Of a stretch of DNA of 64,000 nucleotides, positions 1 through 7,224 are shown piece by piece. Numbering within the stretch: position 1 is the first letter of the stretch; every line of letters begins with the position of its first letter. Source of the DNA: Chitinophagaceae bacterium. Its GTDB lineage: Bacteria > Bacteroidota > Bacteroidia > Chitinophagales > UBA10324. The translations under genes were made by a program, and so were the position numbers. The notes beneath the pieces are model-generated. The model saw only the letters and a program-made list of their open reading frames with translations. It was not told the DNA's origin and ran no database searches. The stretch lies in assembly GCA_947474435.1 (NCBI GenBank), contig CANJII010000018.1, positions 2,165 through 66,164 of the forward strand, written 5' to 3'.

Positions 1-36
1 GATACGCAGATCTTGATTGACATAATAAATAAATTC

Positions 37-85
37 TCAGCGCCTCTGCGCCGGAGTTTATCCTGATGAAGTCGGGACGGTAAAG
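37..85. repeat. Short hairpin-containing intergenic element (REP-like), copy 1
   Basis: It contains cctctgcg...atcctgatgaagtcgggacggtaaa. It shares the cccgac/gtcggg hairpin core, catcaggat and cggtaaa blocks with the elements at 13134-13187 and 27068-27126. Confidence 0.3.
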
Positions 86-255
86 TATCTCGTTGCATTG
101 TAACAGCATAAATAGCCAAACTATCATGACTTTGAAAATCTGCAATGTCCAAACTCATTGCCAATTCACTTTAGTTTGTGTGGTTTAAAAAAATTAACAA
201 GATATATTTTCAACATTTTCCTCGTTATTCGTTCTGATAAGAAATCATTTTTGTT

Positions 256-600
256 ATGGCCAAGAAAAATAAGCTGAAAAAATTATTTGTAAATATCCGA
301 AGCGGAAATATTCCATGGTACATGAAAAATAAGTTTGTGCTTGCCTCAGCATTTTTTTTAATCTGGCTCACCTTCTTTGATCGGAATAATTTTATTGATC
401 AATACAAACTGCACACACAGTTAAATGATTTGCGTTCGAAAAAAGAATATTACGCCGAGCAGATTAAAATTGTGAAGCAGGAAAAACAGGAGCTATTCAC
501 CAATATGGCGAGCCTTGAAAAATTTGCCCGTGAACATTATATGATGAAGAAAGCAAATGAAGATTTGTTTGTGATTGTTTCTGAAAAAAGGAAGGACTGA
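256..600 (+). CDS. Septum formation initiator family protein (FtsB/DivIC-like)
   Basis: 114-aa ORF with a basic N-terminus, one TM helix (FVLASAFFLIWLTFF), a coiled-coil segment, and a LEKFAREHYMMKKANEDLFVI tail typical of this family. Confidence 0.75.
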   Translation: MAKKNKLKKLFVNIRSGNIPWYMKNKFVLASAFFLIWLTFFDRNNFIDQYKLHTQLNDLRSKKEYYAEQIKIVKQEKQELFTNMASLEKFAREHYMMKKANEDLFVIVSEKRKD

Positions 601-602
601 GT

Positions 603-1427
603 TTGCCTCACGATTCCTATTTCGCGGTCGGTATTATCGCATTCATACTTTCGCTTGTTCTTTATATTATTTATTATGTAATGCGCGATGTGATTTATTT
701 TTTTCTGATACACTATTTCGGATTTATTAATCTGTTTATTTCGAAAGAGAAACAACAAAACATTCTAAACGAACTCAATAATATTAAGTACTACAAAAAT
801 TTAATTGTCACCGGAAAAAATTATTTCTATCACCGGGTAATTGTGTTCATGATTAACAAACATTTTTTTGGCGATGGAATAAAAATATCTGATGAAGTGA
901 AAACTTATATTTCAGCAAGTGCAGTACAGCTCACATTTCGAATTCGCGGATTTTACATTGAGCACATTCAATTGATTCGTGTATTTCCGAAAGCAGTATG
1001 GTCGCAGATGGCACAACATGATGTGAAAGGATTGACAACAGAAGGAGGAGTAATGTGGCTGAGCTGACCCGATATAAAAAAAGGATTTGATTTTCCGGAA
1101 GATGGAATCAATCTCGGCATTCATGAAATGGCACATGCCTTTAAACTTACTCTCAGATGCGACACTAATTCCAGTCATCGCATTTGTAAAAATATTTCTC
1201 AATGGAAGAACAATTCGAAAACAGCTTTTCAAAAATTACAGGAAGGCGACACTTCATTTTTCAGAAGGTACGGCGCCACCAACATGGATGAATTCTGCGC
1301 TGTGAATGTGGAATGCTTTTTTGAGAAGCCGGAAGAATTCATGCACCGATATCCTGAAATTTATATGGCGTTATGTAAAGTGTTTAATCAGAATCCATTG
1401 AATTCAGAAAAAAATTATGCTGTTTAA
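603..1427 (+). pseudogene. mtfA: Zinc metallopeptidase of family M90 (MtfA-like), interrupted by one in-frame TGA
   Basis: ORFs 603-1067 and 1128-1427 are in the same frame and the frame is open from 1068. The only stop is TGA at 1065-1067. The HEMAH zinc motif lies at 1122-1136, followed by YGATNMDEFCAVNVECFFEKPEEF, both characteristic of M90. TTG start and an N-terminal TM helix. Confidence 0.7.
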
Positions 1428-1451
1428 TTTATCAGCAATTGTTGATTAATC

Positions 1452-2258
1452 CTATCTGACTTCTTTAGCAGCAACTATAGCAAACACCATTGGAATTTTA
1501 TTTTCAAATCTTGGAATCCGGAATTTTCCTGGCTCATCTTCTTTTGCCTGATTGAAACAGTTGTAAGGTGAATAATCAAATTCATCAAACGAATTTATTG
1601 CTAATCCGTTTTTTATCAGGCTGTTTAATACTTCGCTTGTACTGTGATTCCATGTAACGGACTCAAGGTTTACCACTGCATTTACATCGGCATAAGTTCC
1701 GGATTCCAATTCCACAATGGGTTCCGATTTGAAATAGCTATAAGTTATATTTTCAAAATTATTGTCAAACATCCAAACCACCGGATGAAAATCAGCCATA
1801 ATAAATTTCCCGTTTGGTTTTAAAAAAATGGAAACAATTTTTGCCCATGCATCTATATCCGGCAGCCAGCCAATGGTTCCGTAACTGGTGAAAACAATAT
1901 CAAATTGTTTATTTAGGTTTTGTGGCAAATCATAAATGTTGCAACAAATAAATTCTGTATCAACACCAAGTAATTGCGCAATCGATTTTGCTTTTTCAAT
2001 TGAGCGGTCTGATAAATCAACGCCAGTAACAAGTGCACCCATTCTGCTTAAAGAAATAGTATCCTGACCAAAGTGACACTGAAGATGAAGAACTGATTTT
2101 CCGGCAATGTTTCCGAGCAATTTTAATTCAATTTCATTCAACGAAGATTTTCCTTTCAGAAAATTTTCCATATCATAAAATTCCGAATCAATGTGAAAGT
2201 CTGTTTTTTTATTCCAGAGTTGTTTATTCGTTTCGATATAATCATTGTCTGCTTGCAT
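1452..2258 (-). CDS. Class I SAM-dependent methyltransferase
   Basis: 268 aa. SAM-binding motif I region VLHLQCHFGQDTISLSRMGALVTGVDLS, then FDIVFTSYG and PNGKFIMADFHP. Confidence 0.8.
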   Translation of the reverse strand: MQADNDYIETNKQLWNKKTDFHIDSEFYDMENFLKGKSSLNEIELKLLGNIAGKSVLHLQCHFGQDTISLSRMGALVTGVDLSDRSIEKAKSIAQLLGVDTEFICCNIYDLPQNLNKQFDIVFTSYGTIGWLPDIDAWAKIVSIFLKPNGKFIMADFHPVVWMFDNNFENITYSYFKSEPIVELESGTYADVNAVVNLESVTWNHSTSEVLNSLIKNGLAINSFDEFDYSPYNCFNQAKEDEPGKFRIPRFENKIPMVFAIVAAKEVR

Positions 2259-2283
2259 AATTGCTCAATGAATTAAGTGCTGA

Positions 2284-3738
2284 TTATAATTTTTCTATTT
2301 TATAAACGAATTTATTTTCTCCAATTGTCAGTTTAACAAAATAAATGGCTGGAGAAAAATTTTCAATTGATACCTGACGGGTCAGGAAACTATCTGAGTA
2401 AGATTCTGTAAATATTCTTTGTCCGATTACATTTTCAATTTCAATTTCAGAAATAACTTTTCCTGAAATAATAATATTTTCTGAAGCCGGATTTGGAAAT
2501 ATTTTTACTATATCGTCATTGTAATTCGGAATAAAATTTTCGCAGGAAATAGTCGGATCTGCAATATATTTTAATGAAGAAAGCATTCCACCCATTGTAC
2601 CTGTTTTCACATATACCCAAACAGTATCCAATGGTTGTACAACAATGGAAGAAGAGGTGCTGCCGGTTGACCACAAATAATTACCGTAACCTGCGGGTGC
2701 TCTTAATAAAATAAAACCGAGAGAATCAAAACATGAAATCTCCGGCTGATTTATTTTCCAGGGCAATCCGGAATAATAATATGTTCGGTAAGAAGTTAAT
2801 GAATCTGAAAAAGCAAACCTGCATATTTCAACATCATCAGTATCCACTGCCGAAAAAACTAAATTGTCATTACTCATTTTTCCCCAGTCAATCACCACCT
2901 TTCCGTCAGCTAAGAACTGAGCATTGCCACGCGAACTACTGAACCCTGAATCGGCTGCATAAATTATTCGGATAAAAGTTGCAGTATGATTGATTGTATC
3001 CAAAATAAATTCTTCTGCCTTTGCCTTGTGTTTAGGAAAAAAATAACCATTATCGAACAAGGTATAGTTACCATTAGGCAAAACCCTTATATCGTGCTGA
3101 CCTTTAAATGGAATTGAATCGTTTATGGAAGTGAACTCATTGTGATTTCCTCCGAATCGCCACATGATTTCTCCGGTAGAATGATTGACTTTAAATATTT
3201 CATTAAAGAAACGGCTGCTGACTAAAATGTTTCCATCTGCATCTTCCTGAATTGCATTTAAATGAGTCCAGTCGAAAGTATCAGGTTCATTCAGCCAAAT
3301 TTCATTCACATCATCAAAGGCAAAATGATCTCTTGTTTTCCATTCCCAAACCAACTGACCTGCTGGCGTAAATTCCTGCAAAACACCGCATGTAACCAAT
3401 GCAGCACTATCACCCGGTGTTTGGTTGTGTGTAAACATATTGAACCCGCTGAGATCCATAATTACTTTTTCACGGGCAAGAATTAAAAAGTTTCCGTTTG
3501 ATAACAACTGCATGTCATGCGAATCATTGGTGCAACCATTGACTGCTGAAATGGTATCCACGATATTAAAATTACTATCAGCTAAAAAGAACAAACCGCC
3601 CTTATAAAAATTAAATAATTTATTATTCATGATTTTAAAATTGGAAATGGAAGATCCTGACTGATAATTTCCATTAAAAAAATAAATCAGGTTACCGGTA
3701 TAATCCATTAACGCAAGGTAGTGCCCGCTTGGATCCAT
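2284..3738 (-). CDS. Arylsulfotransferase (ASST)-like beta-propeller protein with a type-A T9SS C-terminal domain; the N-terminal signal peptide is out of frame
   Basis: WTHLNAIQEDADGNILVSSRFFNEIFKVNHSTGEIMWRFGG resembles the ASST family. The C-terminus (IFPNPASENIIISG...AIYFVKLTIGENKFVYKIEKL) is a Por-secretion-tail type CTD. The ORF as drawn has no signal peptide. Confidence 0.8.
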   Translation of the reverse strand: MDPSGHYLALMDYTGNLIYFFNGNYQSGSSISNFKIMNNKLFNFYKGGLFFLADSNFNIVDTISAVNGCTNDSHDMQLLSNGNFLILAREKVIMDLSGFNMFTHNQTPGDSAALVTCGVLQEFTPAGQLVWEWKTRDHFAFDDVNEIWLNEPDTFDWTHLNAIQEDADGNILVSSRFFNEIFKVNHSTGEIMWRFGGNHNEFTSINDSIPFKGQHDIRVLPNGNYTLFDNGYFFPKHKAKAEEFILDTINHTATFIRIIYAADSGFSSSRGNAQFLADGKVVIDWGKMSNDNLVFSAVDTDDVEICRFAFSDSLTSYRTYYYSGLPWKINQPEISCFDSLGFILLRAPAGYGNYLWSTGSTSSSIVVQPLDTVWVYVKTGTMGGMLSSLKYIADPTISCENFIPNYNDDIVKIFPNPASENIIISGKVISEIEIENVIGQRIFTESYSDSFLTRQVSIENFSPAIYFVKLTIGENKFVYKIEKL

Positions 3739-3875
3739 TCCGTTTTGTTCAGTAGGCGTAAAAAAAAATATCCTTTATCAATTCCGTTATTGGTAAATGT
3801 GTATTCAGGAAATTGCGCTTTTGAAAATGTTATAACGACAAGGATTGACAAAATTGTGATGGCAGCAGATTTCAT
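3739..3875 (-). other. Out-of-frame 5' segment encoding the signal peptide of the ASST-like gene, separated from it by an A9/T9 homopolymer (3760-3768)
   Basis: Reverse-strand ATG at 3875 encodes MKSAAITILSILVVITFSKA|QFPEYTFTNNGIDKGYFF. The frame differs from the ATG at 3738 by 137 nt. One extra T in the T9 run would read ...YFFFTPTEQNGMDPSGHY in frame. Confidence 0.6.
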
Positions 3876-3981
3876 TTTTTTCGGAATTAAAAAAATTATT
3901 ATTCTCGTTTAAATATCAGTTAGTCAAACATAGCCAAAAACAATGGCATTGAAATATGATTAATTCCATTGAAAATTATTG

Positions 3982-4015
3982 AAAAAAAAAGACCGCACCA
4001 TTTTGTAGTGCGGTC
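3982..4015 (-). terminator. Rho-independent terminator after the 857-aa gene
   Basis: 8-bp stem gaccgcac/gtgcggtc (3991-3998 and 4008-4015), followed on the minus strand by a 9-T run (A run 3982-3990). Confidence 0.7.
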
Positions 4016-4042
4016 TGAAAATTTATTCAAAAAAAACAAAAC

Positions 4043-6616
4043 TTATCTTGGATTTACAAGATTCAGTTTTGATTGCAGTTTTTTAGAATTATCTGCATTT
4101 TTATTATTTGATTTTGCTTGTAAACTGATTTGCAACATTTCGTTATAATCAATTGGTTTTGGAGAAACATATTGATAATTCGAGCGGGTATCACCATTAC
4201 CCCAGGTTAAATCAGAGCCAAATTTATGATCCTGATAATTCAATCGCTTGCAGGTAATGCGATAACTAAATGAAGTATTTGAAATTCCGCCACCTAATTC
4301 TTTTACAGTGAAAGAAGTAGTTCCGGGTTCAACAAACATTCCGTTGCAATTTCCTTGTGGTGTTATTGTAACAATCATAGGATGAGTGGCATCAATGAAA
4401 ACTGTTTCAAGAAAAAGATCGCTGAGATTTACTGTGGTTTCACCATTAACTAAAGTTGCAGTTCCAAAGTCTTCGAACCATACTTCAGGGCTTTCGATAC
4501 TGTACATTAATTGATTTCCTTTAGAAGTTCCAACTGAAGCGTTTTTAGCTCCGGTACAAGTTAAATCACCAAATGCATATACTGCATACCCCGGAGATGT
4601 AGCAGAACCCCAAACTCCATAATCTACCAATCCATTTGGAATTGATCCATTAAAACCAATGCCAACAACACCAACACCATATGCGGCTCCATTGTAATCA
4701 CCATATACTCCGAAATTCGAAACACCAGTTGCGCGATCATTATTACCATAAATACCTGCTCCTTCAGCTGCGGTTCCATCATAAATTCCAAGAAATCCCT
4801 GGCTTGCTGCTGTGCCATTATATAAACCTAAAGCTCCTACTCCACCGGTTGCATCATTCGAACCAAAAAATCCTCCATGCCAGTTGTTAGATAATCCAAC
4901 ATTACCTGCACTTAAGTTTGTACCACTTGTAGCACCAAAAATTCCTGCTGATACACCTGTACTTGAGGAACCATAAATTTCAGGATCAGTTGCGGTTAAT
5001 GCACCAAAAGTTATAGTGCCGGTATATCCAATATAAGAATTACCATGAAGACTTGTTACATTCATACCATAAGTATTTGCAGAGGGATTTGTATAGTTAA
5101 TTTTTATTCCACCTGTAACCGATGCTCCGGGAACAACCACTAATTTATCAGTTCCGTTTGGTGCTGAGTTAATTCCCATATATGTTCCATCATCGCGCAA
5201 TTGCGAATTACCAAGTGTTGTTCCGTTTGGAGTGAATTTAGGTATGTAGTTCGTTGTTCCTGAACCTGCAATTCCTCCACCTCCACCTGTAGCAGTAATT
5301 GTAAAACTTGGATACGAACCAGTAACGGATATTCCTGTTCCTGAATTTAAAGTAACAGTCTGGTCAGGTGCTGTATTAGTAATAACATTTCCGCCTAAAC
5401 TGATTCCTGTGCCTGCAGTATAAGTTGTTCCGGTTGGCATGGTAACAGAATTACCTCCTGATATTGTTAATTGATTTCCTAAAACTGAAAGTGTTTGTGC
5501 ATCGGTATTCAATGATGTATTGGTAATCACATTTCCTAAAATGCTGATACCAACACCTGCTGTATAAGATCCTCCACCTGTGGTTGAGTTAATAGTAAAA
5601 TTTGGATATGTTCCAGATACTGTAGTACCACCAGTTCCTGTAAGAACAACTGTTTGATCAGGCGCAGTATTGGTAATTACATTTCCACCTAAATTAATTC
5701 CTGTTCCTGCTGAATATGTTGTTCCTGTAGGCAATACAACACTTCCGCCATTTGTTAATGATAAAGTATTTCCTATAAGATTTAAGGTTTGAGCATCACC
5801 ATCACTTGCAGGCACCCAACTGCTTCCGCCCCATTTTAAAACCTGGCCTGCAGTTGCTGCTTGTTGTGCAAGATCAAGAGGATTTGCCAAAGTACCATCA
5901 CCGGTTAATCGCGCTGTTACATTTACTGAACCACTGCTTGCTCCAACATTATCAGCACCCGGTGCCCAGTTTGTTCCGTTCCATTTTAAAACCTGACCAC
6001 TTGATGCACCTTGTTGTGCTAAACCAAGCGGAGAAACTGAAGTACCGTTTCCACTTAATGTAGAATTGGTTACCGTGGTTTGAGTTCCCCAATTGTCGCC
6101 GCCACTGATGTTGCCGGGTACCCACTGACTTCCGTTCCACAATAAAACCTGATTAGTGGTTGCACCTGTTGAACTCACATCAGTCAAATCATCCAAAGCA
6201 ATGGCAGGATTATTTATGCTGCTTCCAGCTACTAATGCATAAGGCACACTCAGCAATTGTGATGTTCCCATATCGGTATATGAAGAACCACCTGCGGGAT
6301 CCATTTCAACTTTCATAAACTTTGCATTGGTAGCCCAGTTAATGGTTGAAAAATTACCTGAAACAATAGTACCTGTTCCAACCGGTAGTGTAAATAACCC
6401 AAAAGAGTTAGTTGTAGCAGTATGAGTTTCAGAATACAGAGTTGTTCCGGTCGCCGAAACATCTCTAATTGAAATTCGAATGCTGATGTTTGTTGAAACC
6501 AAGGCAGCTCCGGCGGAGTTTCGGGCAATTGCCTGATAAGTTAATTGCTGTGGTATTTGAGCAAATGAAAATGCACTGATGAGGCAAAGTGAAATTAGTG
6601 TAAATAAGCGTTTCAT
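4043..6616 (-). CDS. Secreted fibre-like repeat protein (857 aa), paralog of the 906-aa protein, with no recognisable T9SS CTD
   Basis: Signal peptide ...AFSFA|QIPQQ. The ~110-aa N-terminal domain is shared with ORF 7225-9945. It has three GQVLKWNG..W.PG motifs, LS..GN.LTISGGNSVT.PTGTTYTAGTGI repeats, a Gly/Tyr-rich G[VI][YFW]G tract and a distinct C-terminal domain (IESPEVWFEDFG...). Confidence 0.75.
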   Translation of the reverse strand: MKRLFTLISLCLISAFSFAQIPQQLTYQAIARNSAGAALVSTNISIRISIRDVSATGTTLYSETHTATTNSFGLFTLPVGTGTIVSGNFSTINWATNAKFMKVEMDPAGGSSYTDMGTSQLLSVPYALVAGSSINNPAIALDDLTDVSSTGATTNQVLLWNGSQWVPGNISGGDNWGTQTTVTNSTLSGNGTSVSPLGLAQQGASSGQVLKWNGTNWAPGADNVGASSGSVNVTARLTGDGTLANPLDLAQQAATAGQVLKWGGSSWVPASDGDAQTLNLIGNTLSLTNGGSVVLPTGTTYSAGTGINLGGNVITNTAPDQTVVLTGTGGTTVSGTYPNFTINSTTGGGSYTAGVGISILGNVITNTSLNTDAQTLSVLGNQLTISGGNSVTMPTGTTYTAGTGISLGGNVITNTAPDQTVTLNSGTGISVTGSYPSFTITATGGGGGIAGSGTTNYIPKFTPNGTTLGNSQLRDDGTYMGINSAPNGTDKLVVVPGASVTGGIKINYTNPSANTYGMNVTSLHGNSYIGYTGTITFGALTATDPEIYGSSSTGVSAGIFGATSGTNLSAGNVGLSNNWHGGFFGSNDATGGVGALGLYNGTAASQGFLGIYDGTAAEGAGIYGNNDRATGVSNFGVYGDYNGAAYGVGVVGIGFNGSIPNGLVDYGVWGSATSPGYAVYAFGDLTCTGAKNASVGTSKGNQLMYSIESPEVWFEDFGTATLVNGETTVNLSDLFLETVFIDATHPMIVTITPQGNCNGMFVEPGTTSFTVKELGGGISNTSFSYRITCKRLNYQDHKFGSDLTWGNGDTRSNYQYVSPKPIDYNEMLQISLQAKSNNKNADNSKKLQSKLNLVNPR

Positions 6617-6641
6617 TTTTCTGTTGATGGTTAAAATTTTA

Positions 6642-7148
6642 TTAGTAAGAGATTTTTTGAATTTTAAATGAATGTTTTATTTCTCCTTGTGCATTAACTA
6701 CACATAGAAAATAAGTGGCTGATGGAAGTTGTATTAAATTAAATGATTGTTGAAGTTGAGTGTGGCTTCGATCCAATGTTCCGGGAAGGTTAAGTGTTCG
6801 GCCAAGTACATCATACATTATAATTCCATACAATTCTGCATTATCAGATTGTAAGTTTACTGTTATTAAATCAGAAGTTGGGTTCGGGAAAATTTTTATG
6901 GTTAGCCCATCTTCATTCAACTCCTGAATGCCGATACTTTTTTCATCAGGCTGTTGAAATCCTTGTGTAAGAATATTTGTTCCGGCAGTAAATGTTTGAA
7001 TCATCATTTCGCCGCTTGTAGCAGAGAGAGTGAAGCCTCCATTGTTTGACCACTTGCCATAAGAAGCAATTACACTTGGTGTAAGACTGAATTGCGCTGA
7101 AGAAAGAAATGGAAAGAGTGTGAGAACAATTATTGTACGATATTTCAT
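6642..7148 (-). CDS. Small secreted protein made of a ~50-aa N-terminal motif plus a type-A T9SS CTD
   Basis: 168 aa. Signal peptide FLSSA|QFSL, LTQGFQQP motif, then a CTD (IKIFPNPTSDLITVNL...ATYFLCVVNAQGEIKHSFKIQK). Confidence 0.75.
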   Translation of the reverse strand: MKYRTIIVLTLFPFLSSAQFSLTPSVIASYGKWSNNGGFTLSATSGEMMIQTFTAGTNILTQGFQQPDEKSIGIQELNEDGLTIKIFPNPTSDLITVNLQSDNAELYGIIMYDVLGRTLNLPGTLDRSHTQLQQSFNLIQLPSATYFLCVVNAQGEIKHSFKIQKISY

Positions 7149-7224
7149 TGAGTTAAATTTTTAAAGTTTGTGAAATTAAAATTGAAATGGATTTTGGAAC
7201 ATGTTATAAAATATTAAATGAACA

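Noticed and set aside
1-160. Minus-strand open frame starting at about 157 and running off the left edge
   Set aside because: It reads straight through the REP-like element at 37-85 and has no recognisable motifs. Too little sequence is available to call a gene.
1065-1067. Genome-wide reassignment of TGA to Trp (code 4/25-like)
   Set aside because: Many well-supported genes here end at TGA at the expected length. Examples are the ftsB-like gene at 598-600, the rhomboid at 40961-40963, the ABC-2 permease at 53457-53459 and the Wzc-like gene at 62361-62363. A single-site lesion or readthrough is the simpler reading.
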